In this document: in pieces, positions 12,111-25,200 of the stretch | Layout of the letters: every line of letters begins with the position of its first letter | Position numbering within the stretch: the stretch's first letter is position 1 | Assembly (NCBI RefSeq): GCF_009914755.1 | Contig: NC_060927.1 | Reading direction: 5' to 3' (one strand) | Source of the DNA: the human T2T-CHM13v2.0 reference genome, Homo sapiens | DNA length: 64,000 nt | Program-made: the position numbers and the translations under genes | The notes under the pieces: generated by a model | Told to the model about the DNA's origin: nothing | What the model saw: the letters and a program-made list of their open reading frames with translations, nothing else | Database searches by the model: none

Positions 12111-15086
12111 ATGATTCTGTCTAGCATTCATGTGAAGATATTTCCTCTTCTTCCATAGGCCTCAAATCGCTCTAAATATCCACTTGGAAATACTACAAGA
12201 AGATTGTTTCAAAACTGCTCTATGGAAAGGAGGGTTCAAATCTGTGATTTGAATGCAGACATCACAAAAAAGTTTCCGAGAATTCTTCTGTCTAGTTTTA
12301 TATGAAGAAATCCCGTTTACAACGAAGGCCTCAAAGAGGTCCAAATATCCTCTTGCAGATTCTACAAAAAGAGTGTACAAAAACTGCTCTATCAAGAGGA
12401 ATGTTCAACTCAGTTTGTTGAATGCAAACATCACGAAGTAGTTTCTGACAATGCTTCTGTCTAGTTTTTATGTGAAGATATTCCCTTTTCTACCTTAGGC
12501 CTCAAATCACTCTAAATATCCACTTGCAAATTCTACGAAAAGAGTGTTTCAATACCGCTCTATCAAAAGAAAAGTTAAACTCTTTGAATAGAACGCACGC
12601 ATCACGAAGTAGTTTCTGCGAATCATTCTGCCTAGTAGGACTCAAAGCGCTCTAAATATCCACTTGGAATTTCTACAAAAAGAGTGTTTCAAAACTGCTC
12701 TATGGAAAGGAAGGTTCATCTCTTTGAGTTGAATGCGCACATCACAAAAAAAGTTTCTGAGAAATGTTCTGTCTAGTTTTATATGAAGAAACCCCGTTTC
12801 CAACGAAGGACTCAAAGAGGTCTAAATATCCTCTTGCAGATGCTACAAAAAGTGTGTTTCAAAACTGCTCTATCAAGAGGAATGTTCAACTCTGTGAGGT
12901 GAATGCAAACATCACAAAGTAGTTTCTGAGAATGCTTCTGTCTAGTTTTTATGGGAAGATACAGCCTTTTCAACCATAGGCCTCAAACCGCTGTAAATAT
13001 CCACTTGGAAATACTTCAGGAATAGTGTTTCAAAACTGCTCTATTGAAAGGAAGGTTTAACTCTGTGAGTTGAACGCACACATAACAAAGAAGTTTCTGA
13101 GAATTCTTCCGTCAATTTTTATATGAAGAAATCCGGTTTCCAACGAATATCTCAAAAACGTCCAAATATTCCCTTGCAGATTGTACAAAAAGAGTGTTTC
13201 AAAACTGCTCTATGAAGAGGAATGTTCAGCTCTTTTAGTTGAATGCAAACATCACAAATTAGTTTCTGAGAGTGCTTCTGTCTAGTTTTAATGTGATGAT
13301 ATTTCCTTTTCTTCAAAAGGCCTCAAAGTGCTGTATATATAAACTTGCAAATTCTGCAAAAAGAGCGTTTCAAAACTGCTCTATCAATAGAAATTTTAAA
13401 CTATGTGAGTTGGAAGCACACATTACAAAATAGTTACTGAGAATTCTTCTATCTAGTTTTATATGAAGAAATCCCTTTTCCAAAGAATGCATTAAAGAGG
13501 TCAAAATATCCAGTTGCAGAGTCTACAAAAAGAGTGTTTCACAACTGCTCTATCAAGAGGAATGTTCAACTCTGTGAGTTGAACGCAAACAACACAAAGT
13601 AGTTTCTGAGAATGCTTCTGTCTAGTTTTTATATGAAGATATTACCTTTTCTACTATAGGACTGAAAGCCATCTAAATACACACTTGCAAATTCCACAAA
13701 AAGAGCATTTCAAAGCTGCTCTATCAAAAGAAAGTTTAAACTCTGCAAGTTTAATGCACACATCACAAAGTAGTTTCTGAGACTGATTCTGTCTTGTTTT
13801 TCTATGAAGATATTTCCTTTTCTACCATAGGCCTCCAAGCACTCTAAATATTGACTTGGAAATTGTACAATAAGAGTGTTTCAAAACTGCTCTAACAAAA
13901 GGAAAGCTCAAATGTGTAAGTTCAATGCACACATCACAAAGAAGTTTCTGAGAATTCTTCTGTCTAGTTTTATATGAGGAAATCCAGTTTCCAACGAAGG
14001 CCTCAAATAGGTCCAAATATCCACTTGCAGATTCTACAAAAAGAGTGTTTCGAAACTGCTCTATCAAGAGAAATGTTCAACTCCGTGGGTTGAATGTATA
14101 TATCACAAAATAGTTTCTGAGAATGCTTCTGTCTAGTTTTTTTGTGAAGATATATCCTTTTCTTCCATAGGCCTCAAAGCACTCTAAATATACACTTGCA
14201 AATTCTACAAAAAGAGCTTTTCAAAACTGCTCTATCAATAGAAAGTTTAAACTCTGTGAGTTGAACGCACACATCACAATGTAGTTTCTGAGAATCATTC
14301 TGTCTAGTTTTTCTATGAAGATATTACCTTTTCTACCATAGGACTCAAACCGAAATAAATATCCACTTGCAAATTCTACAAAATGAGTGTTTGAAAACTG
14401 CTCTATCGAAAGGAAAGTTCAACACTGTGATTTGAATGCACACATCACAAAGAAGCTACTGAGAATTCCTCTGTCTTGTTTTACATGAAGAAATCCCGTT
14501 TCAAACGAAGGCCTCAAACAAGTACAAATATCCCGTTGCAGACTCTTCAAAAAGAGTGTTTAAAAACTGTTCTATGAAGAGGAATGTTCAGCTCTGGGAG
14601 TTGAATGCAAACATCAGAAAGTAGTTTCTGAGAATGCTTCTTCTAGTTTTTATGTGACGATATTCCCTTTTCTACAATAGACCTCAAAGCACTGTAAATA
14701 TAGACTTGCAAATTCTTCAAAAAGAGCGTTTGAAAACTGCTCTACAAATACAAAGTTTAAACTCTGTGAGTTCAACGCGCACATCACAAAATAGTTTCTG
14801 AGAATTCTTCTGTCTAGTTTTATATGAAGAAATCCCGTTTCCAATGAAGGCCTTAAGGAGGTCCTCATATCAACTTGCTGTTACTACGAAAAGAGTGTTT
14901 CAAAACTGCTCTATCAAGAGGAATGTTCAACTCTGTGAGTTGAATGCAAACATCACAAAGCAGTTTCTGAGAATGATTCTGTCTAGTTTTTATATGAAGA
15001 TATTTAGTTTTCTAACATAAGCCACAAATCCCTCTAAATACACACTGGCAAATTCTACAAAAAGAGCTTTTCAAAACTGCTCCCTC

Positions 15087-15104
15087 AAAAGAAAGGTTAA
15101 ACTC
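15087..15104 (+). repeat. Alu target-site duplication, 5' copy (aaaagaaaggttaaactc; 3' copy 15414-15431)
   Basis: The same 18-mer flanks both ends of the Alu, and the 3' copy merges with the A tail. One extra c lies at 15105. Confidence 0.9.
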
Positions 15105-15105
15105 C

Positions 15106-15433
<328 letters not shown>

Positions 15434-18400
15434 CTAGTTAAACGCATACATCACAAAGTAGTTTCTGAGAATGATTCTGTCTAGTTTTTGTATGAAGATA
15501 TTTCCTTTTCTACCATAGGCTTCCAAGAGCTCTAAATATTCCCTTGGAAATTGTACAAAAAGAGTGTTTCAAAACTGCTCTGTCGAAAGGAAGTTTCAAC
15601 ACTGTGAGTTCAATGCACACATCACAAAGAAGTTTCTGAGAATTCTTCTATGTAGTTTTATATGAAGAAACCCCGTTTCCAATGAAGGCCTCAAAGAGTT
15701 CCAAATATCCACTTGCAGATTTCACAAAAAGAGTGTTTCAAAACTGATCTATCAAGAGGAATATTCAACTCGGTGAGTTGAATGCAAATATCAAAAAGTA
15801 GTTTCCGACAATGGTTCTGTCTAGTCTAGTTTTTATGTGAAGATATTTTCTTTTCTACCATAGGCCTCCAAGCGCTCTAATTATACACTTGCAAATTACA
15901 CAAAAAGAGTGTTTCAAAACTGCTCTATCAAAAGAAAGGTTAAACTCTGTAAGCTGAATGTACACATCACAAAGAAGTATCTGAGAATGATTCTGTCTAG
16001 TTTTTCTAAGAAGATATTTCCTTTTCTACCATAGGTCTCAAGACATTATAAATGTACACTTGCAAATTCTACGTAAAGAGTGTTTCAAAACAGCTATATC
16101 AAAAGAAATTTAAGCACTGTGAGTCGAACGCACACATCACAAAGTAGTTTCTGAGAATCATTCTGTCTAGTTTTTCTATGAAGATATTTCCTTTTTTACC
16201 ATAGGACTCAAAATGATGTAAATATCCACTAGGAAATTCTAAAAAATGAGGGTTCCAAAACTGCTCTATGGAAAGGAAGATTCAACTCTGTGAGTTGAAA
16301 GCACATTTCACATAAAACTTTCTGAGAATTCTTCTGTCTTTTTTTATATGACGAAATCTCGTTTCCAACGAAGGCCTCAGGGAGGTCCAAATACCTTCTT
16401 GCAGATTCTCTAAAAAGAGGGTTTCAAAACTGCTCTATCAAGTGGACTGTTCAACTCTGTAAGTTGAATGCAAACATCACAAAGTAGTTTCTGAGATTGC
16501 TTCTGTCTAGTATTTATCTGAAGATTTTTCCTTTTCTACCATAGGCCTCAAAGCACTATAAATGTACACTTGCAAATTCTATGTAAAGAGTGTTTCAAAA
16601 CTGCTCTATCAAAAGAAAGTTTAAACTCTGTGAGTTGAACACACCCATGAAAATGTAGTTTCCGAGAATTCTACTGTCTTGTTTATATGAAGAAATACCT
16701 TTTCCAACGAAGGCCTCAAAGAGGTCCAAATATCCACTTGCAGATAGTACAAAAATTGTGTTTAAAAGCTGCTGTATCAAGAGGAATATTCAACTCTGTG
16801 AGGTGAATGCAAACATTACAAAGTAGTTTCTGAGCATGCTTCTGTATTGTTTTATGTGAAGATATTTCCTTTTCTACCATAGGCCCCAAAGCACTCTAAA
16901 TATACACTTGCAAAGTGTACAAAAAGAGTGTTTCAAAACTGCTCTATCAAAAGAAAGGTTAAACTCTGTGAGTTGAAAGCACACATCACATAGTAGTTTC
17001 TGAGAATGATTCCGTCTAATTTTTATATGAAGATATTTTCTTTTCTACTGTTGGCCTCAAAGCTCTCTAAATATACAATTGCAAATTTTACAAAAAGAGT
17101 GTTCCAAAACTGCTCTATGAAAAGAAAGGTTAAACTCTGTGAGTTGAACGCACACATCACAAAGTAGCTTCTGAGAATAATTCTGTGTAGTTTTAATATG
17201 AAGATATTTCCTTTTCTACCGTAGGCTTTGAAAAGAGCTCTAAATATCCACGTGGAAATTCTACAAAAAGTGTATCAAACTGCACTATCGAAAGGAAGGT
17301 TCAACTCTGTGAGTTGAAGGCACAAGTCACAAATCTTTCTGAGAATTCTTCTGTCTAATTTTTATGTGAAGAAATTACCGTTACCAGAGAAGGCCTCAAA
17401 GAGGTCCAAATATCCACTTGCAGATTCTACAAAAAGAGTGTTTCAAAACTGATCTATCAAAGGGAAGGTTGAACTCTGTGAGTTGAATGAAAACATCACA
17501 AAGTAGTTTCTGAGAATGCTTCTGTCTAGTTTTTATATGAAGATATTTCCTTTTCTACCGTAGGCCTAAAAGCCCTCTAAATACACGCTTACAAATGCTA
17601 CAAAAAGAGCGTTTCAAAACTACTCTATTAACAGGAGGGTTAAACTCTGCGTATAGAACGCACAAACCACAAAGTAGTTTCTGAGAATGATTCTGGCTAG
17701 TTTCTCCATGAAGAAATTTCCTTTTCTACCACAGGCCACAAACCGCTCTAAATATCCACTTGGAATTTGCACAAAAAGATTATTTCACAACTGCTCTATC
17801 AAAAGGAAGGTTCAACTCTGTGAGGTGAAAGCACACATCACAAAGAAGTTTCTGAGAATTTCTCTGTCAAGTTCTATATGAAGAAATCCCGTTTCCAATG
17901 AAGGCCTCCAAAAAGCCCAAATATTCACTTGCAGATTCTACAAAAAGAGTGTTTCAAAACTGCTCTATCAAAAGAAATTTTAAACTCTGTGAGTTGAATG
18001 CACACATCAAAAAGTAGTTTCTGAGAATCATTCTCTCTAGTTTTTCTAAGAAGATATTTCGTTTTGTACCACAGGCCTCAATCCGCTCTAAATAACCACT
18101 TGGAAATTCTACAGAAAGAGAGTTTCAAAACTGCTCTATCGAAAGGAAGGTTCAACTCTGTGAGTTGAAAGCACACATCACAAAGAAGTTTCTGAGAATT
18201 CTTCTGTCTAGTTTTATATGAAGAAATCACGTTTCACACGAAGGCCACAAAGAGGTCAAAATATCCACTTGCAGATTTTACAAAAAGAGTGTTTCAAAAC
18301 TGCTCTATCAAAAGAATGGTTAAACACTTTAATCTGAATGCACACATCACAAAGTAGTTTGTGAGAATAATTCTGTCTAATTTTTCTATGAAGATATTGC

Positions 18401-19246
18401 CTTTAATATCTTAGGCCTCAAAGGGCGCAAAATTTCCACTTGGAAATTCTACAAAAAGAGTATTTCAAAACTGCTTTATTGAAAGGAAGGTTCAACTGTG
18501 TGAATTGAATGCACACATCACAAAGAAGTTTCTGAGAGTTCTTCTGTCACGTTTTATATCAAGAAATCACGTTTCAAACGAAGGCCACAAAGAAGTCCAA
18601 ATATCCAGTTGCAGATTCTATAAAAAGAGTGTTTCAAAACTGCTCTATCAAGACGAATGTTCAACTCTATGAGTTGAATGCAAATATCACAAAGCAGTTT
18701 CTGAGAATGATTCTGTCTAGATTTCTATGAAGATATTTCCCTTTCCACAAGAGGCCTCAAACAGTTCTTAATATCCACTTGGAAATTCTACAAAAAGAGT
18801 ATTTCAAAACTGCTCTATTGAAAAGAATGTTCAACTCTGTGAGTAGAATGCCCACATGACAAAGGAGTTTCTGACAATGCTTCTATCTGTTTTTATGTGA
18901 AGGTATTTCCTTTTCTACTGTAGGCCTCAAAATACTCTAAATATACACTTGCAAATTACACAAAAGGAGGGTTTCAAAACTGCTCTATCAAAAGAAAGGT
19001 TAAACTCTGTAAGCTGAATGCACACAACACAAAATAGTTTCTGGGAATGATTTTGTCTAGTTTTTCTATGAAGATATTTCCTTTTCTACCAGAGTCCTCA
19101 AACCGCTCTAAATATCCACTTGGAAATTCTACAAAAAGAGTATTTCAAAACTGCTCTACAGAAAGGAAGGTTCAACTCTGTGAGTTGAATGCAAACATCA
19201 CAAAGAAGATTCTGAGAGTTCTTCTGTCAGGTTTTATATGAAGTAA

Positions 19247-19263
19247 TCCCGTTTCCAACGAAG
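19247..19263 (-). promoter_or_regulatory. CENP-B box (perfect 17-mer)
   Basis: tcccgtttccaacgaag on the + strand. Confidence 0.88.
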
Positions 19264-22200
19264 CCCTATAAAAATTCCAAATATTCACTTGCAGATTCTA
19301 CAAAAAGAGTGTTTCAAAACTGATCTATCAAAAGAAAGCTTAAACTTTGTGAGTTGAACGCACACATCACAAAGTAGTTTCTGAGAATCATTCTGTCTAG
19401 TTTTTCTATGAAGATATTGCCTTTTCTACCATATGCCTCAAACGGCGCTAAATATCCACTTGGAAATAGTACAAAAGGAGAGTTTCAAAACTGCTCTATC
19501 AAAATTAAAGTTCAACTCCAGGAGCTCAAAGCACACATCGCAAAGAAGTTTCTGAGAATTCTTCTGTCTAGTTTTATATAAATAAACCTCTTTTCAAACG
19601 AAGGACACAAAGAGGTCCAAATATAAACTTGCGGATTCTACAAAAAGAGTGTTTCAAAACTGCTCTATCAAGAGGAATGTTCAACTCGGTGAGTTGTATG
19701 CAAGTATCACAAAGTAGTTTCTGACAATGCTTCTGTCTAGTTTTAATGCGAAGATATTTCCTTTTCTAACATAGGCCTCAAAGCGCTGTAAATATGCACT
19801 TCCAAATTGCACAAAAAGTTTGTTCCAAAACTACTCTGTCAAAAGAAAGGTTAAACTCTGTAAGCGGAATGCACACATCACAAAGTAGTATCTGAGAATG
19901 ATTCCGATCAGTTTTTCTATGAAGATATTTCCTTTTCTACCACAGACCTGAAATCACTGTAAATATGCACTTGGAAATTCTACAAAAAGAGTATTTCAAG
20001 ACTGCTCTATCGAAAGGAAGGTTCAACACTTTGAGTTGAATGCACACAACACAAAGAAGTTTCTGAGAATTTTTCTGTCACGTTTTACATGAAGAAATCA
20101 CGTTTCAAACGAAGACCACAGGGAGTTCCAAATATCCACTTGCGGAAACTGCAAAAAGAGGGCTTCAAAACTGCTCTATCAAGAAGAATGTTCAACTCTG
20201 TGAGTTAAATGCATATATCACAAAATAGTTTCTGACAAGCTTTCTGTCTAGTTTTTATGTGAAGAGATTTCCTTTTCTGCCGTAGGCCTCAAAACGATCT
20301 AAATATACCCTTGCAAATACCACAAAAACACTGTTTCAGAACTGCTCTATCAAAAGAAAGGTTAAACTCTGTAAGCTGAACGCACACTTCACAAAGTAGT
20401 TTCTGAGAATCATTCTGCCTTATTTTTCTATGAAGATATTGCCTTTTCTACCATTGGTTTGAAATAGCGCTAAATATCCAGTTGGAAATTATTCTACAAA
20501 AAGAGAGTTTCAAAACTGCTCTATCGAAAAGAAGGTTCAACTCTGTGAGTTGAAAGCACACATAACAAAGAAGTTTCTGAGAATTCTTCTGTCTAGATTT
20601 ATATGAAGAAACCACGTTTCAAAATAATGCCACAAAGAGGTCTAAATATCCACTTGCAGATTCCACAAAAAGAGTGTTTCAAAACTGCTCTATCAAGTGG
20701 AATGCTCAACTCTGTGAGTTGAATGCAAATATCAAAAAGTAGTTTCAGACAATGCATCTGTATAGTTTTTATGTGAAGATGTTTAATTTTCTACAGCAGT
20801 TCTCAAAGCACTTTAAATAAACTCTTGCAAATTACCCAAAAAGAGTGTTTCAAAACTGCTCTAATCAAAAGAAAGGTTAAACTCTGTAAGCTGAATACGC
20901 ACATCACAAAGTAGTTTCTGAGAAAGATTCAATCTACTTTTTCTATGAATATATTTCCTATTCTATCACAGGCCTCAAACCGCTCTAAATATCCACTTGG
21001 ATATTCTACAAAAAGAGTATTTCAAAACTGCTCTATCGAAAGGAAGGTTCAACTCTGTGAGTTGAATGCACACATCACACAGAAGTTTCTGAGAATTCTT
21101 CGGTCAAGTTTGATATGAAGAAATCCCTTTGCCAAAGAAGTCCTCAAAAAATTTCAAATATTCACTTGCAGATTCTACAAAAAGAGTGTTTCAAAACTGC
21201 TCTATCAAAAGAAAGGTTAAACTCTGTGAGTTGAACGCACACATCACAAAGTATTTTCTTAGAATCTTTCTGTCTAGTTTTTCTGTGAAGATGTTGCGTT
21301 TTATACCGTAGGGTTCAAACGGCACTCAATATCCACTTGGAAATTCTACAAAAAGAGAGTTTCAAAACTGCTCTATTGAAATGAAGGTTCAACTCTGTGA
21401 GTTGAAAGCACACATCACAAAGAGGTTTCTGAGAATTCTTCTGTCTAGTTTTATATGAAGAAATTACATTTCAAACGAAGGCCACAGAGAGTTCCAAATA
21501 TCCACTTGCAGACTCTACAAAAAGAGTGTTTCAAAACTGCTCTATCTAGAGAAATGTTCAACTCGGTGAGTTGAATGCAAATATCACAAAGTTGTTTCTG
21601 ACAATGCTTCTGTCTAGTTTTCATGTGAAGATATTCCCTTTTCTACCATAGGCCTCAAAGCGCTCTAAATAGACAGTTGCAAATTCCACAAAAAGAGTGT
21701 TTCAAAACTGCTCTATCAAAAGAAAGTTCAAACACTGAAAGCTGAATGCGCACATCACAATGTACTTTCTGAGAATGATTCTCTCTAGTTTTTCTATGAA
21801 GATATTTCCATTTCTACCATAGGCCTCGAACCGCTCTAATTCTCCAATTGGAAATTCTATAAAAAGAGTACTTCAAAACTGCTCTATCAAAAGGAAGGTT
21901 GAACACTGTGAATTGAATGCACACATCACAAAGAAGTTTCTGAGAATTCTTCTGTCCACTTTTATATGAAGAAATCCCCTTTCCAACGTAGTTCTCAATA
22001 ACGTCCAAATATTCACTTGCAGATTCTACAAAAAGAGTATTTCAAAACTGCTCTATCAAAAGAAAGGTTAAATTCCGTGAGTTGAACGCTCATACCTTAG
22101 GCCTCAAAGGGCGCTAAATATCGACTTGAAAATTCTAAAAAAGAGAGTTTCAAAACTTCTGTATAGAAAGGAAGGTTCAACTCTCTGAGTTCAATGCACA

Positions 22201-25200
22201 CATCACAAAGAAGTTTCTGAGAATTCTTCTGTCTAGTTTTATATGAAGAAATCTCGTTTAAAACGAAGGCCACAAAGAGGTTCAAATATCCAATTGGAGA
22301 CTCCTCAAAAAGAGGATTTCAAAACTGCTCTATCAAGAGCAATGTTCAACTCTGTGGGTTGAATGCAAATATCACAAAGTAGTTTCTGACAATCCTTCTG
22401 TCTAGTTTTTATGTGAAGATATTTCCTTTTCGACCATAGGCCTCAAAGCACTCTAAATATTTGCACTTGCAAATTCCACAAATGTAGTGTTTCAAAACTG
22501 CTCTATCAAAAGAAAATTTAAACTCTGTGAGTTGAATGCACACATCACAAAGTAGATTCTGAGAATCATTCTGTCTAGTTTTTCTATGAAGATATTGCAT
22601 TTTCTTCCATAGGCCACAAACGGTGCTAAATATCCACTTGGAAACACTACAAAAAGAGAGTTTCAAAACTCCTCTATCGAAAGGAAGGTTCAACTCTGTG
22701 AGTTGAAAGCACACATCACAAAGAAGTTTCTGAGAATTCTTCTGTCTAGTTGTAAATGAAGAAATCACGTTTCACACGAAGGCCACAAAGAGGTCCAAAT
22801 ATCCACTTGCAGATTCAACAAAAAGAGTTTTTCAAAACTGCTCCACCAAGAGGAATATTCAACTCTGAGAGTTGAAGGCAGGTATCACAAAGTAGTTTCC
22901 GACAATGCTTCTGTCTAGATTTTATGTGAAGACATTCCCTTTTGTACCACAGGCCTGAAAGCACTCTAAATATAGAATTGCAAATTCCACAAAAAGAGTA
23001 TTTAAAGCCGCTCGATCCAAAGAAAGGTTAAACTCTGTCAGCTGAAGGCGCACATCACAAAGTAGCTTCAGAGAACAATTATGTCTAGTTTTTCTGTGAA
23101 GATATTTTCTCTTCTACATAGGCCTGAAACCGCTCTAAATATTCACTTGGAAATTCTACAAAAAGAATATTTCAACACTCCTCTATCAAAAGGAAGGCTG
23201 AACTCTGAGAGTTAAATGCACACATCACAAAGAAGTTTCTGAGAATTCTTCTGTCAAGGTTTCTATGAAGAAATCCCGTTTCCAATGAAGGCCTCAAAAA
23301 AGTCCAAATATTTACTTGCAGATTCTACAAAAAGAGTGTTTCATAACTGGTCTATCAAAAGAAAGGTTAAACTCAGTGAGTTGAACCCACACATCACAAA
23401 GTAGTTTCTGAGAATCATTCTGTCTAGTTTTTCTACGAAGATATTTCCTTTTCTACCGTAGGTTTCAAACCGCACTAAATATCCACTTGAAAATACTTCA
23501 AAAAGAGTATTTCAAAACTGCTCTATCGAAAAGAAGGTTCAACTCTGAGAGTTAAATGCACAAGTCACAAAGAAGTGTCTCTGAATTCTTCTGTCAAGTT
23601 TTACATGAAAAAATGCCATTTCCAACGAAGGCCTCAAAAAGTCCAAACATCTACTTGCAGAAGGTACAGAAAGAGTGTTTCAAAACTGCTCTTTCAAGAC
23701 AAATGTTCAACTCTGTGAATTGAATGCAAATAACACGTATCAGTTTCTGACAAAGCTTCTGTCTTGTTTTTATGTAAGGATATTTCCTTTTCTACCGTAG
23801 GCCTCAAAGCGCTCTAAATAGAATCTTGCAAATTCCACAAAAAGAGTGTTTCAAAACTGCTCTATCAAAAGAAATATGAAACTCTGTAACCTGAATGCAC
23901 ACATCACAATGTAGTTTCTGACAATAATTCTGTCTAGTTTTTCTATGAAGACATTTCCTTTTTTTAACACATGCCTAAAACCTCTCAAAATATCCACTTG
24001 GAAATATTACAAAAAGAGAGTTTCAAAACTGCTCTATCGAAAGGAAGGTCCAACACTGTGAGTTGAAAGCTCACATCACAAAGAAGTTTCTGAGAATTCC
24101 TCAGTCACGTTTTATATGAAGAAAACCCGTTTCCAACGAAGGCCCCAAAAAACTCCCAATATTCACTTGCAGATACTACAAAAAGTGTGTTTCAAAACTG
24201 TTCTATCAAAAGAAAGGTTAAACTCTGTGAGTTGAATGCGCACATCATGAAGTAGTTTCTGAGAAGCATTCTGTCTAGTTTTTCTATGTAGATATTGCCT
24301 TTTCTACCATAGGCCACAAACGACGCCAAATATCCACTTGGAATTTCTAAAAAAAGAGAGTTTGAAAACTGCTCTATCGAAAGGAAGGTTCTACTCCGTG
24401 AGTTGAAAGCACACACCACAAAGAAGTTTCTGGGAATTCTTCTGACTAGTTTTATATGAAGAAATCACGTTTCAAACGAAGGCCACAAAGAGGTCAAAAT
24501 ATCCACTTGCAGACTGTACAAAAATGTGTTTCAAAACTGCTCTATCAAGAGAAACGTTCAACTCTGTGAGTTGAATGCAAATATCACAAAGTGGTTTCTG
24601 ACAATGCTTCTCTCTAGTTTTTATGTGAAGAAATTTCTTTTCTACCGTAGGCCTCAAAGTGATCTAAATATACACTTGCAAATTCCACAAACCATTGTTT
24701 CAAAACTGCTCTACCAAAAGAAAGGTTAAACTCTGTAAGCTGAATGCACACATCACAAAGCAGTTTCTGAGAATGATTCTGCCTAGTTTTTCTGTGAAGT
24801 TATTTCCTTTTCTATTATAGGCCTCAAACCGCTCTAAATATCCACTTGGAAATTCTACAAAAAGAGTATTTCAAAACTGCTCTATCGAAAGGAAGGTTCA
24901 TCTCTGTGAATCGAATGCACACATCACAAAGAAGTTTCTGATAATTCTTGTGTCACGTTTTATATGAAGAAATCCCGTTTCCGACGAAGGCCCCAAAAAA
25001 GTCCAAATATTCACTTGCAGATTCTACAAAAACAGTGTTTCAAAACTGCTCTATCAAATGAAAGATTAAACTCTGAAAGCTGAATGCACACATCACCAAG
25101 TAGTTTCTGTGAATAATTCCGTCTAGTTTTTCTATGAAGATATTTCCTTTTCTAACCAAGGCCTCAATCTGCTCTAAATATCCACTTGGAAATACTACAA

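Larger units (their letters stand above)
1..15105. repeat. Alpha satellite (ALR/Alpha), diverged A/B-type monomers, SF5 (R1/R2)-like
   Basis: Continuous ~171-bp tandem monomers with the conserved core aaaaagagtgtttcaaaactgctctatcaaaagg...ctctgtgagttgaatgcacacatcacaaagaagtttctgagaat. A-type box (gaagatatttccttttctaccataggcc) and B-type box (gaagaaatcccgtttccaacgaaggcc) are both present. The satellite call is secure; the SF5 assignment is inference. Confidence 0.98.
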
